A stretch of 53,363 bases of DNA, from contig CAZMPG010000001.1 of assembly GCA_964568345.1 (NCBI GenBank), forward strand, positions 1 to 53,363, given 5' to 3'. The translations under genes were made by a program, and so were the position numbers. Shown here piece by piece: positions 15,823-25,546 of the stretch (within the stretch, counting starts at the first letter, position 1; each line of letters begins with the position of its first letter). The notes beneath the pieces are model-generated. The model worked only from the letters and a program-made list of their open reading frames with translations. It did not search any database and had not been told where the DNA came from. This DNA comes from an uncultured Candidatus Saccharibacteria bacterium (GTDB taxonomy: Bacteria > Patescibacteriota > Minisyncoccia > Phycocordibacterales > UBA12088).

Positions 15823-18249
15823 ATGCAGCACCCTAAGCACCTTCGGCTGCGATCGGCGTTCCTCCTGGGAGGGGCGCTCGTAGGTGCTGCATGTTTCCTT
15901 GTGGGCGGCGTGTTTCTCTTGTGGGCAACTACCCTCACCATGCCCACCGTCGCCGCCATTGAGGCTGCGCGCGAGAGCAACTCCACGAAGATCTACGACC
16001 GAACCGGCACGGTGCTCCTTTACGACATGCACCAGGACATGCGGCGCACCGAAGTGCCCCTGGGCGATATCGCACCGAACGTGCAGCACGCGACGATCGC
16101 CATCGAGGATGCGCGATTCTACCGCCACTTCGGCATCGAGCCGCTCTCGATTCTCCGCGCACTCATCCACAACCTCAAAGCAGGGGACCTTCTCGGTGGC
16201 CAAGGCGGATCAACCATCACGCAGCAGGTGGTAAAGAACGCGCTTCTTGTGAATGACAAAAAGCTCTCGCGAAAGCTCAAGGAGTGGGTGCTCGCGATAA
16301 AGCTCGAGCGCGAGCTCTCGAAGGACGCTATCCTCGAGCTCTACCTCAACACCGTGCCGTACGGGGGCACCAAGTACGGTATCGAGGAAGCAAGTCAGGG
16401 TTTCTTCGGGAAGCCCGCACACAACCTCTCCCTTGCCGAGAGCGCGTACCTCGCTGCACTCCCCCAGGCACCGACGTACTACTCACCGTACGGCGCACAT
16501 CGCGACGCACTGGACGCCCGCAAGAACACCGTACTCGACCGCATGCACGAGCTCGGCTACATTTCCGACGAGGAGCGCACCCACGCGCGCGATGAGCAGG
16601 TATTCTTCCGACCGCAGAGCGGCGCGAGCATCAAGGCGCCGCACTTCGTGTTCTACGTGCTCGAGCAGCTCGGGAAGACGTACGGCGACGCCGACCTCGC
16701 CCAGGCAAACCTCCGGGTTACAACGACACTCGACTGGGATCTCGAGCGCGCCGCCGAGGAGATCGTGCTCAAGCACGCGCTCGAGAACAGCGTCACCTAC
16801 CACGCGTCGAACGCATCGCTCATGGCGGTAGACCCGCGTAACGGCGAGATCCTCGCGATGGTCGGCTCGCGCGACTACTTCGACACGACCATTGACGGCA
16901 ACTACAACATCGGCCTCGCGGCGCGCCAGCCAGGGTCTGCATTCAAGCCCTTCGCGTACGCGGCGGCGCTCGCAAAGGGCTACACGACCGAGACGGTCCT
17001 CTATGACGTCCAAACGCAGTTCTCCACCACGTGCGACAAGGCAAATATGACGAACGACGATGGGTGCTATGCGCCGACAAATTACGACGGGAAGTTCCGC
17101 GGACCCATGACCTTCCGGAACGCACTCGCCCAATCGGTGAACATCCCGGCTATCAAAGCGCTCTACCTCGCCGGCATGAGTAGCACCATTGCGCTCGCGA
17201 AGGCAATGGGGCTCACGACGCTCGGCGATCCATCGCGCTACGGCCTCACCCTTGTCCTCGGGGGCGGCGAGGTGTCGCTCCTTGAGATGACGAGCGCGTA
17301 TGGGGTCTTCGCGCGCGAGGGGGTGCGCTACCCATCCCACGGCATCCTCGAGGTGCGCGATAGCTCCGGCAAGGTGCTCGAGCACGCGGATCCGGAGGGC
17401 AGTCAGGTGCTCGACCGCGACACAGCACTCAGTATCACCGACATGCTCAAGGACAACGTCGCACGTACCCCAGCCTTTGGCGCTAGTTCGTACCTTACCT
17501 TCCCCGGCCGCGACGTTGCGGTGAAGACAGGCACGACGAACGACTACCACGATGCGTGGATCATCGGGTACACCCCCTCGCTTGCGGTCGGTGCATGGTG
17601 CGGCAACAACGACAACACCCCTATGGAGAAGAAGGTTGCTGGGTTCATCGTGGCGCCGCTCTGGCACGAGCTCATGCAGGTGCACCTCGACCGGACCGCT
17701 CCTGAGGAGTTCGCCGCACCACCCCCCCTCGACCCCTCGCTTAAACCGGTGCTCCGCGGCGTCACCGCGTACGGGAGCTCGAGTAGCGAGGCGCCGCACT
17801 CTATCCTCTCCCACGTGAACAAGGACGACCCCCGTGGCCCCGCGCCGCAGAACCCCTGGAGCGATGCACAGTACCCCTACTGGGAGTATGGGATTCTCCG
17901 CTGGTCACTCGGGACGGGCTCAACATCGATCGAAAGCATCCTCGAGAATACCGGGATCACGAGCGCACAAGCCCCTACGGTCGTGATCCACACTCCCGAT
18001 GATAATGATCACTTCGATCGCACCGACCGGATACGCGTCCGCTTCTCAGTGGCCTCTGACGACACCCCGGATCGCATCGAGTACTACCTCGATGGTTCGC
18101 TCCGCGACACACTTGCGGGCGACGATACCTCCTTCTCATTCACCCCGCGGTCGTACGACCTTGACCGCGGCGACCACACCCTCCTCGTCGTCGCCTACAC
18201 CGCACACAACACTCGTGGTGGCGCAGCGGTGTCCTTTTCGGTACGGTAA
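15823..18249 (+). CDS. Class A penicillin-binding protein (GT51 glycosyltransferase plus transpeptidase) with a C-terminal extension
   Basis: EDARFYRHFG, GGSTITQQ, RKLKEWVLAIKLE. Transpeptidase motifs SAFKP and KTGTT. N-terminal TM segment. Confidence 0.9.
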   Translation: MQHPKHLRLRSAFLLGGALVGAACFLVGGVFLLWATTLTMPTVAAIEAARESNSTKIYDRTGTVLLYDMHQDMRRTEVPLGDIAPNVQHATIAIEDARFYRHFGIEPLSILRALIHNLKAGDLLGGQGGSTITQQVVKNALLVNDKKLSRKLKEWVLAIKLERELSKDAILELYLNTVPYGGTKYGIEEASQGFFGKPAHNLSLAESAYLAALPQAPTYYSPYGAHRDALDARKNTVLDRMHELGYISDEERTHARDEQVFFRPQSGASIKAPHFVFYVLEQLGKTYGDADLAQANLRVTTTLDWDLERAAEEIVLKHALENSVTYHASNASLMAVDPRNGEILAMVGSRDYFDTTIDGNYNIGLAARQPGSAFKPFAYAAALAKGYTTETVLYDVQTQFSTTCDKANMTNDDGCYAPTNYDGKFRGPMTFRNALAQSVNIPAIKALYLAGMSSTIALAKAMGLTTLGDPSRYGLTLVLGGGEVSLLEMTSAYGVFAREGVRYPSHGILEVRDSSGKVLEHADPEGSQVLDRDTALSITDMLKDNVARTPAFGASSYLTFPGRDVAVKTGTTNDYHDAWIIGYTPSLAVGAWCGNNDNTPMEKKVAGFIVAPLWHELMQVHLDRTAPEEFAAPPPLDPSLKPVLRGVTAYGSSSSEAPHSILSHVNKDDPRGPAPQNPWSDAQYPYWEYGILRWSLGTGSTSIESILENTGITSAQAPTVVIHTPDDNDHFDRTDRIRVRFSVASDDTPDRIEYYLDGSLRDTLAGDDTSFSFTPRSYDLDRGDHTLLVVAYTAHNTRGGAAVSFSVR

Positions 18250-18313
18250 GCTCTCCGCACCACCCCACAAGCGTCTTGCGGGCGGGAACGTAACCACTTC
18301 ATACGTACTCGTA

Positions 18314-18568
18314 CTACCGAATGAACGAGAGCCGAACACCATGCTCCCGCTGGAGCGTTGTGAGAATCTGCGGCGCAGAGCGCGCCACCTCGGAGCGTGC
18401 TATAGGGTGGCAGGTGAGGTGTACGCCACCTCCACGGAGCGAGAGGTGCGCTTCGTCGAGCACCACGCCGCACTCATCCCGCACGACGCTCGCGACGAGT
18501 CGCTTCTTGCTCGCTTCTGGCGGCACGAGCGACCGATATTTGGCGAGGTAGTTGGTGAGAGTATCCAT
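18314..18568 (-). CDS. Small protein downstream of dnaN, possibly DUF721/DciA-like
   Basis: 84 aa from the ATG at 18568 (MDTLTNYLAKYRSLVPPEASKKRLVASVVRDECGV...). The call rests on position after dnaN and size, so it is tentative. Confidence 0.4.
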   Translation of the reverse strand: MDTLTNYLAKYRSLVPPEASKKRLVASVVRDECGVVLDEAHLSLRGGGVHLTCHPIARSEVARSAPQILTTLQREHGVRLSFIR

Positions 18569-18652
18569 GTTAGTAGCGGTGCATTGTACGTCCCCCCTCC
18601 CTACCGAGGGAGATGGGGGATATGTTTGATGGTATTGGTTTACGCAGTACAC

Positions 18653-19753
18653 CTAGCGATTCATGGGCATCACGAGATAGCGAAACGTATCGTCCTGCAC
18701 TGGATGCACGAGGACCGGCTGCATGCCGCCCGCCACCTCGAGAAGCACGCTCTCGCTCTGGATGGGCTGGAGCGCATCGAGAAGGTATCGGTGGTTGAAG
18801 CTTAGGGTTGCCCTATCGCCGGAGAGTGTCGCGGGCACCGAGTCGGTCGCCTCGCCCACCGAGGCACTCTCGGTGTGGAGTGTGAATGCACCCTCCTCCG
18901 GTTCGATGGTGAGCACGGTCTTGCTGAACTGCCCGGAAAAGATGGCTGCTTTCCGAAGCGCCCGCTCGAGGTCGGCGCGGAGCACCGCAGCAGACGTGCG
19001 AAATTCTTTGGGAATGATCTGCGTGTAGTCGGGGAAGGTTCCTGCAGTGAGCCTGAGTGTGAGGTAGGTGCCCGGGAAGGTAAGCGCGAGCTGGTGCTCA
19101 CCAACCGCGAGATCAACGCTCCCCTGTGCGCGGTCGAGGACCCTGAGGACGTCTGCCACACTCTTGGCGGGGATGAGGAATGGCGAGCACGACACCGGCT
19201 GCTTGAGCGGCACACGACGCTCAGCGAGGCGAAACGAGTCGGTAGCTGCGGTAGTGAGTACACCACCATCAGGGTGCACAAAAATGCTTGCAAGCTCCGG
19301 CTTCACCAAGGATGTGGAGGCGCAGTACGCGACCGACGTGAGCGCGCCCCTAAATTCGTGTGCGGGGAGCGACACAGCAACCGCATCGGCGACACGGGGC
19401 AGCTCGGGAAAATCCGACGGGTCGTGCACCGCAATCTTTGTCGCCCCTCCTGCGCTCTGCACCACAAGGAATCCTCCCTCGAGTACGAGGTTGAGCGACG
19501 TGCCGCTCGGGAGTGCGGCGAGCACCTGCGCGAGCACGGTTCCCGACACGGCGACCACCCCATCCTCGCTCGCGGCGACCGGCAGGTGGTACGACACACC
19601 GACCTCGAGGTTGGTTGCAGTAACGGTGAGCACGTGCTCTGCGACCGAGAGCAGCACGCAGCTCAAGACCGGTGCGGCGAGGTTCTTCCCGCACACCTTA
19701 TCGGAGAGCGACACCGGCTCGAGGAGTTGCTCGCGAACAATAGAGCACTGCAT
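18653..19753 (-). CDS. dnaN: DNA polymerase III beta subunit (sliding clamp)
   Basis: 366 aa directly downstream of dnaA. Clamp-like layout: MQCSIVREQLLEPVS...NLEVGVSY...TDSFRLAERR...MPMNR. Confidence 0.9.
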   Translation of the reverse strand: MQCSIVREQLLEPVSLSDKVCGKNLAAPVLSCVLLSVAEHVLTVTATNLEVGVSYHLPVAASEDGVVAVSGTVLAQVLAALPSGTSLNLVLEGGFLVVQSAGGATKIAVHDPSDFPELPRVADAVAVSLPAHEFRGALTSVAYCASTSLVKPELASIFVHPDGGVLTTAATDSFRLAERRVPLKQPVSCSPFLIPAKSVADVLRVLDRAQGSVDLAVGEHQLALTFPGTYLTLRLTAGTFPDYTQIIPKEFRTSAAVLRADLERALRKAAIFSGQFSKTVLTIEPEEGAFTLHTESASVGEATDSVPATLSGDRATLSFNHRYLLDALQPIQSESVLLEVAGGMQPVLVHPVQDDTFRYLVMPMNR

Positions 19754-20010
19754 AGGGGTAATTGGTTATTTAAATAAACTATAACAACGACACACTACTA
19801 CCCTGTGGATGGTGGGGATATCCCGTCTTGGCGTTCTGATGAGCCGCGAATCCTCTCAGGAGCTCTCGCGGAGCTTGGGGATACCGTGGTACTTTGTCCC
19901 CTGCGCCACAGACCCCTCCTCGACCCACCGTCTCACTCCCCAACCTACCCCCAAACCATTCCGCACCTTTTCCCCCACTCGCCCACCACGTTCTCCCCAC
20001 GCATTCCCCA
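19754..20010. promoter_or_regulatory. dnaA-dnaN intergenic region with an AT-rich tract and DnaA-box-like motifs (possible oriC part)
   Basis: AT-rich tract 19759-19788 (TAATTGGTTATTTAAATAAACTATAACAAC). Box-like motifs TGTGGATGG (19804-19812), TGGGGATAT (19813-19821) and TGGGGATAC (19876-19884). Confidence 0.5.
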
Positions 20011-21369
20011 CTATTTCAACATAGCCCGTATCTCGGCGACCTCGCGCTGGAGCGAGGGGGTGCTCGTGAGGCTCGCTTTGATCTTCTCGCACGAGTGGAT
20101 GACCGTGGTGTGGTCCCGCCCGCCGAGCCGCTGGCCTATCGTGGGGTAGCTTATACCGAGGTCCTCGCGCATGAGGAACATGATGACCTGCCGCGGCTTC
20201 ACCACCTCCTTCTTGCGGGTCTTTTCGTACACGGCAGACTCCTCGACGTCGTAGTACCGCGCAACCCGTTCGATGAGATCTTTCACGGATATGGTGCGCT
20301 GTGGCCGCACATTACTCTTCACAATCTGCCGGATGTCCGCGATGTCGAGCCCCGCGCCGCGGTGCTGTGTCTCGAGGATGATGCGGTTCAGGATGCTCTC
20401 GAGGTCGCGCACATTATTTCCCTCGACCTCGCTCGCAATCGCGTTCGCGAGGTCCTCCTCGAGGAGGAAGTTGCTGTGCGCCGCTTTCGCGCGGAGGATG
20501 GCGACGCGCGACTCGTGGTCGGGCACCGCGACATCCACCACCATCCCCTGCCCGAAGCGCGATCGGAGCCTGTCGGCGATGTCTCCGATATAGCCGGGGT
20601 GCCGGTCCGAAGAAAAGACGATCTGCTTGTTGTTCTCGTAGAGGGTGTTGAAGATGTGGAAGAGCTCTTCCTGGAGCTTGTCCTTGCCGGAGAGGAACTG
20701 CACGTCGTCGAGGATGAGCACATCGTACTGGCGGTAGCGCTCCTTGGTGCTCTGAATGGTGTTTTGCTGAATCGCATTGATGATATCGGTGCCGAACCTC
20801 TCCGAGGTGGTGTAGTAGACGGCGCGCTGCTGGTGGTGGCGCTTGATGTGGTTGCCGATAGCTTGGATGAGGTGCGTCTTCCCCACCCCGGTGTTGCCGT
20901 AGATGAAGAGGGGGTTGTACGTGATGCCCGGCTCCGCGACGATAGCCTGGGATGCGGCGTGCGCGAGCTCGTTGAACGACCCCACGACGAATGTCTCAAA
21001 CGTGTAGCGGGGGTTGAGGTTGTCGGTGCGGCTCACGTAGTGGTCGGCGAGCGGGAGCTCCGAGCTTTGGACCGTGCGGGACTCCTGGCGCTCCCGCGGC
21101 TTGCTGCGGTCCTCGCGTGCGATGACGTACTCGACGCCGCGGACATCGGGTACGATGCCGCGGAGTGCCCGGAGGATCGTCTTGTGGTGCTTATCGGCGA
21201 GCCAGTCCTTGTAGAACTGGCTCGGTACGCCGATGTACACGGTCCCCTCCTCAATCTTGACGATGTGGGTCCCCTTGAACCAGGTGCTGAAGTTTGCCCG
21301 CGAGACGGAGAGCTCAATCTCTACCAGCGCATTCTCCCATACGTCCCTGGTATCAATGAGCGCCCCCAT
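20011..21369 (-). CDS. dnaA: Chromosomal replication initiator protein DnaA
   Basis: GNTGVGKTHL, LILDDVQFLSGK, and the C-terminal DNA-binding region ...GGRDHTTVIHSCEKI. The ATG at 21369 (MGALIDTRDVWENA) has TATAAT 9 nt upstream. Confidence 0.95.
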   Translation of the reverse strand: MGALIDTRDVWENALVEIELSVSRANFSTWFKGTHIVKIEEGTVYIGVPSQFYKDWLADKHHKTILRALRGIVPDVRGVEYVIAREDRSKPRERQESRTVQSSELPLADHYVSRTDNLNPRYTFETFVVGSFNELAHAASQAIVAEPGITYNPLFIYGNTGVGKTHLIQAIGNHIKRHHQQRAVYYTTSERFGTDIINAIQQNTIQSTKERYRQYDVLILDDVQFLSGKDKLQEELFHIFNTLYENNKQIVFSSDRHPGYIGDIADRLRSRFGQGMVVDVAVPDHESRVAILRAKAAHSNFLLEEDLANAIASEVEGNNVRDLESILNRIILETQHRGAGLDIADIRQIVKSNVRPQRTISVKDLIERVARYYDVEESAVYEKTRKKEVVKPRQVIMFLMREDLGISYPTIGQRLGGRDHTTVIHSCEKIKASLTSTPSLQREVAEIRAMLK

Positions 21370-21548
21370 AGCAGAAGTATTATAGCCGGTTATCCACAGT
21401 GCGCCAGTTCCCCTCCCCGCCGAGGTGTTGGGGGAAGTGGGGATAGGGTGGGGATAGCGAGGACGGTGGGAGGCTAAATTTGACAAAATGGTAATAATAA
21501 TGTTAAAATGTAAAAGGAAAATGGTTACTTGAAAACGAGGGGTACAAA
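21370..21548. promoter_or_regulatory. dnaA upstream region: DnaA boxes plus an AT-rich unwinding-element-like tract (possible oriC part and dnaA autoregulation)
   Basis: Perfect TTATCCACA at 21390-21398. Tandem TGGGGATAG at 21438-21446 and 21449-21457. AT-rich tract 21475-21535 with three AAAATG(G/T)TA repeats. Confidence 0.55.
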
Positions 21549-22748
21549 ATGTTTAGTGGTTTTGAACTGGTTGTGTCCATGGGCATGACCCTTACGATGG
21601 TTGTGCTGGTATTCTTCCTGTTCCGAAAGAAGAAATCGGTCTCTTCGCAGAGTGGAGCGATGGCGCAACCGAAAAACGGCTGCCCTTTATGTCGTGTTGT
21701 CGACATGGTGCTCTATCGTCTACTCTTGCCGTGCACTCTCGGAGTCACCCTAACGGTTGTTTTTTGGATAGGTTGGTTTGAGGGCGTGCTGTACTGCGTT
21801 CCGCTGCTCCTATTGTTCACCGTATACTGGTTTATCAGTTTCAGGACAGTGGCAACAACGGACCGTGCGGTAAAAACAATGTTCGGGCGCCCGTATGCAA
21901 CCACTGAGTCCGGCCTCTGTTGGGTACCGTACCTCATTGGAGATCTCGACCCGAGGCCAACCATCATCCAGACGCTTGACTTTACGGAACACCGAGCAGG
22001 TGTCGTGACCCGGGCGAGTAAGGAGCTCGACGAAAATGGTGCTCCTGTCGGTAACAGGATCTACGGGTCAATCACCCTGGGTGCAGATGTAACATTCATC
22101 TTTCAGTACCCGAAGGGCGATGCGTTGATGCGTGCGGTGGTATTATTGCCTCGTGAGAGAGACAAATTGATAGACCTATTCGAGGAACCGGTTCTCGATG
22201 CGGTTCGGACCACAGGAGGAAATGTGCCGTGGATTAATCTCGTACTGCGCCGCGCGCATTTTGCCGAGCAAGTCCTTGCAGAAGTGAAAAGACGTGGCGG
22301 AGCCGTAACGAGCATATTGACCGAAAGTGGGGTGGAGAATGTTCAGATCGCTATCAAGCATCTTGAAATACCAAAAGATCTACTTGACTCCATCAGTGCA
22401 AAGGAAAAGGCCACGTTGGAATTGGAGGGCACTGTGATAGCTGCAGATGCCGAGCGACAGAAACGCACCATTGAGGGACAAGGAACAGCGGCCGCAAAGA
22501 AACAGCTGCTCGATGTGTTGCGGGAGAACCCAACGAACTTACAGGCACAAGCGCTCCTCTCCCTCATTGAAATGGCGCAGGGCCCAGCAACCACCATCTT
22601 CCCACTCTCGACCGATCTCACAAATGTGCTGAGTCGTGTGTTGCGGGGTGGTGGGAGTGGTCCTCCTCTCCCTGACTTAGATCAGATTGTGGGGCTTCTC
22701 ACGCCGGATCAGAAGAGAGCCCTGCTCGAGAAGCTTCTTAAGGCATAG
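21549..22748 (+). CDS. SPFH/band-7 (prohibitin-like) domain membrane protein
   Basis: N-terminal TM segments. DRAVKTMFGRPYATTESGLCWVPYLIGDL resembles the SPFH core start. Coiled region ADAERQKRTIEGQGTAAAKK. Shine-Dalgarno-like GAGGGG upstream. Visibly lower GC. Confidence 0.55.
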   Translation: MFSGFELVVSMGMTLTMVVLVFFLFRKKKSVSSQSGAMAQPKNGCPLCRVVDMVLYRLLLPCTLGVTLTVVFWIGWFEGVLYCVPLLLLFTVYWFISFRTVATTDRAVKTMFGRPYATTESGLCWVPYLIGDLDPRPTIIQTLDFTEHRAGVVTRASKELDENGAPVGNRIYGSITLGADVTFIFQYPKGDALMRAVVLLPRERDKLIDLFEEPVLDAVRTTGGNVPWINLVLRRAHFAEQVLAEVKRRGGAVTSILTESGVENVQIAIKHLEIPKDLLDSISAKEKATLELEGTVIAADAERQKRTIEGQGTAAAKKQLLDVLRENPTNLQAQALLSLIEMAQGPATTIFPLSTDLTNVLSRVLRGGGSGPPLPDLDQIVGLLTPDQKRALLEKLLKA

Positions 22749-22758
22749 GGGAACGGAA

Positions 22759-23649
22759 ATGATCGTGGGTATCCTGTTGTGGATCGTAGTGCTTACCACA
22801 CTCGTCATGGTTATGGGTAGGCGGTTTGGGGTGGTGTGGTCGTCTGTTTTTGCGCCAATCTCACTGAAGGGGATATGGTGGACTATCGGCCTTGTTGCTG
22901 CGATGGTTCTCGCATACCTCGGCCACAGGTTGCTGGGGGCCATGGGTGGAGGGTCTGTGTCACCTCCCTCCCCTACAGCGCAAGCGGGTGTCACCCAGGG
23001 ACAGGATTGGGCCACACTCTTCGCCGCGTACTGGCCGTACGTGGTGATCGTGGCGTTGCTTGGCATCATCGGAGTGCTCTGGCGTCGGCCGCGTGCGCGG
23101 GCGGTGCAAACCACGGCCGGTAGTGGTAACACAAAGCTCCCAGCATCAACACAGTCACCGACAAAACGCACGTCGGCTGGTTTTGGATGGGTGCTCATGG
23201 TGGTGGTGTTTGTTGGTGCGGTAGTACTCGCTCTCGGTAAAGGTATTGCGGTCCATGTGCCGAAGGAGGATGTTGCGAAGGCTATCGCGAGTACGGCGGA
23301 TGTTGCCGGTGGTGTGGATTGGTGGTACATACTCGTGCCGTGCTGCGTGGCCTTGTTTGTGTACTACTGGTCGCCGCCTGACCAAAAGAACCCGCTTCGC
23401 ACAGGCCTTGCGGTGCTTGCGTCGATTGTGCTCATATTGGTCTGGGAGCAAGCCGACACCATGTCAGCGACTTTCAGGCTGGTTGGGCCGAGTGAGGTGG
23501 TTCGTGCCTGGGTCACCCCAAAAGGTCCAACGCTCCTCTTGTGGGTCATGGGAGCGGCAACAGTCGCACTCTTCTTTACGGGCAGGGCGATCGAGGGCCT
23601 ATTGGTTGCCATAGTTCTTTCGGTTTCCATCATGTGGCTTGCTGCGTAG
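22759..23649 (+). CDS. Polytopic membrane protein, unknown function
   Basis: ATG at 22759 preceded by AGGGGAACGGAA. Several hydrophobic segments. Followed by a canonical terminator. Confidence 0.5.
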   Translation: MIVGILLWIVVLTTLVMVMGRRFGVVWSSVFAPISLKGIWWTIGLVAAMVLAYLGHRLLGAMGGGSVSPPSPTAQAGVTQGQDWATLFAAYWPYVVIVALLGIIGVLWRRPRARAVQTTAGSGNTKLPASTQSPTKRTSAGFGWVLMVVVFVGAVVLALGKGIAVHVPKEDVAKAIASTADVAGGVDWWYILVPCCVALFVYYWSPPDQKNPLRTGLAVLASIVLILVWEQADTMSATFRLVGPSEVVRAWVTPKGPTLLLWVMGAATVALFFTGRAIEGLLVAIVLSVSIMWLAA

Positions 23650-23667
23650 CACCACGTGATGGTAGGT

Positions 23668-23701
23668 AGCCGCCCCAAACATGGGCGGCTTTCTTTTTTT
23701 T
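23668..23701 (+). terminator. Canonical rho-independent terminator
   Basis: AGCCGCCC (23668-23675) / GGGCGGCT (23683-23690), followed by TTCTTTTTTTT. Confidence 0.8.
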
Positions 23702-23709
23702 GGGGGACA

Positions 23710-23718
23710 TGGTATAGT
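23710..23718 (+). promoter_or_regulatory. Extended -10 TGGTATAGT upstream of rpmH
   Basis: TGGTATAGT at 23710-23718, 21 nt before the ATG at 23740. Confidence 0.4.
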
Positions 23719-23739
23719 CCCTCCACACCAAAAGACACT

Positions 23740-23877
23740 ATGCCGAAGCGAACCTACCAACCCAAGAAGCGTAAGCGCGCAACGACCCACGGCTACCTCG
23801 TGCGGAAGCGCACCCCAGGCGGCAGGCGGGTGATCCGCCGCCGCATGGCAAAAGGGCGCTCCAAGCTATCCGTCTAG
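23740..23877 (+). CDS. rpmH: 50S ribosomal protein L34
   Basis: [45 protein letters not shown]. Confidence 0.95.
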   Translation: MPKRTYQPKKRKRATTHGYLVRKRTPGGRRVIRRRMAKGRSKLSV

Positions 23878-23923
23878 CCCAAAACCTCGCTTTTTGTGAG
23901 AACGTGGAGCACAGCCCATCACC

Positions 23924-24271
23924 ATGCTCCCCCAACATCAGCGGCTCTCAAGGAATGAGGTGGTGCGCGTGCTCCAGCGTGGTACGCGCATGGTGCACCC
24001 CCTCCTCTCGTTCCACAGCATACGCCGCCAGGAGGCGGGCGATGTGCGGGCTGCGGTCGTCGTAAGTAAGAAGGTGGCGCAGCATGCGGCTGCGCGCAAT
24101 CTCCTCCGCCGGCGTACCTACGCGCTCATCCGCGCCCACAGCACCTCCCTCGCGGGCTGCGACGTGGTCGTGCAGCTCCGCCCTGCCGCCCGAGGAGCCT
24201 CGTATGCCGCGCTCGCGCGGGTGTTCGGAGAGATAAGAGAAAAGAGACAAGAGAAAAGAATGGAGCGATGA
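23924..24271 (+). CDS. rnpA: Ribonuclease P protein component
   Basis: 115-aa basic protein between rpmH and yidC. LSRNEV...VVVSKKVAQHAAARNLLRRR. Confidence 0.85.
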   Translation: MLPQHQRLSRNEVVRVLQRGTRMVHPLLSFHSIRRQEAGDVRAAVVVSKKVAQHAAARNLLRRRTYALIRAHSTSLAGCDVVVQLRPAARGASYAALARVFGEIREKRQEKRMER

Positions 24272-24332
24272 CACGTCGCATCTTTTCCCTCATCTCTTTC
24301 CTCTTTTCTCTCCGTACGGTATCATACCCCCA

Positions 24333-25082
24333 ATGGTGAGCAGTCTGTTCCACACCTTCGTTTATACACCGCTCTACAACGCCCTCGTGGCGCTCCTCTC
24401 GCTCGGGAGCTTCGTAGATGTCGGCATTGCAGTGGTGAGCCTCACGGTGCTCGTGAAGCTCGTCCTCTACCCGCTCTCGCTCAAGGCGTCCCGCACGCAG
24501 CAGGTGATGTGGGAGCTCGAGGCGCCGATGCGGGAGCTCCGCGAGCGCTACAAGGACGATCGGGAGACCCAAGGAAGGAAGATTCTCGAGCTCTACAAGG
24601 AGCGTGGTGTGAACCCCTTCTCCGGCTTCCTCGTCCTCCTCGTGCAGCTGCCGCTCATCCTCGGGCTCTACTTCGTCTTCCTCAAGGGCGGTTTGCCAAC
24701 GATTGACACCTCACTCCTCTACCCTTTCATTAGGGAGCCGCTGCACGTGTCTATGTACTTCCTCGGCTTCCTCGATATGGCGAGCAAAAGCTACCTGCTT
24801 GCTGTGCTCGCGGGGGCGACCCAGTACCTCCAGGCGCACTATGCGATGCCGCCCCTTGCCCCCCGGAGCGAGCACGCCTCCTTCCAGGAGGATTTCGCAC
24901 GTTCGATGCAGGTGCAGATGAAGTACGTCTTGCCGATCATCGTTGCGTTTGTGGCATACGTTGCGAGTGCGGCGGTTGCGCTCTACTGGATCACGAGCAA
25001 CCTCTTTGCTGTCGGGCAGGAACTATACGTACGCAAGCAGCTCGCCGAGGAGCGTGCAGAGAAGCAGAAGAGCACCGTATGA
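24333..25082 (+). CDS. yidC: YidC/Oxa1 family membrane protein insertase (short form)
   Basis: IAVVSLTVLVKLVLYPLS...MRELRERYKDD...GVNPFSGFLVLLVQLPLILGLY...ALYWITSNLF. Conserved rpmH-rnpA-yidC-jag order. Confidence 0.9.
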   Translation: MVSSLFHTFVYTPLYNALVALLSLGSFVDVGIAVVSLTVLVKLVLYPLSLKASRTQQVMWELEAPMRELRERYKDDRETQGRKILELYKERGVNPFSGFLVLLVQLPLILGLYFVFLKGGLPTIDTSLLYPFIREPLHVSMYFLGFLDMASKSYLLAVLAGATQYLQAHYAMPPLAPRSEHASFQEDFARSMQVQMKYVLPIIVAFVAYVASAAVALYWITSNLFAVGQELYVRKQLAEERAEKQKSTV

Positions 25083-25546
25083 CCTACACGAATGCAGGAG
25101 AGTTGGTGCGGGAGTTCGTGGCTGCGCTCGGCGTTTCGGTCGAGAGCGTGGAGCAGGTGCCCTGCGCCGCACATGAGCTTTGGAACGTACGGACCCCCGA
25201 TAGTAAGCGGCTCATCGGGCCGCAGGGCGAACACCTCCGGGCGCTCAACCTCCTCGTGCGGAAGTATGCTGAGCGCGTCGAGGGGCTGCGCGAGGCGAAG
25301 TTCCTTGTCGATGTGAACAGCTACCAGCACAGCCGCATTGCGGAGTTGGAGCAAAAAGCGCGGCTTCTCGCCGATCGTGTGCGCACGTTTCGCTCGAGCG
25401 CCGAGATGACACCGATGAATGCCTACGAGCGTATGATCGTCCACGCGCTCTTCGCGAACGACCCCGAAGTCACGAGCGAGTCAGATGGCGAGGGTCCCCT
25501 GCGGCACGTTGTACTGCGGTATAGAGCGGAAACAGCGGGACTATAG
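25079..25546 (+). CDS. Jag/KhpB-like R3H domain RNA-binding protein
   Basis: C-terminal R3H-like MNAYERMIVHALFANDPEVTSESDGEGPLRHVVL. Position after yidC. Confidence 0.8.
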   Translation: MTYTNAGELVREFVAALGVSVESVEQVPCAAHELWNVRTPDSKRLIGPQGEHLRALNLLVRKYAERVEGLREAKFLVDVNSYQHSRIAELEQKARLLADRVRTFRSSAEMTPMNAYERMIVHALFANDPEVTSESDGEGPLRHVVLRYRAETAGL

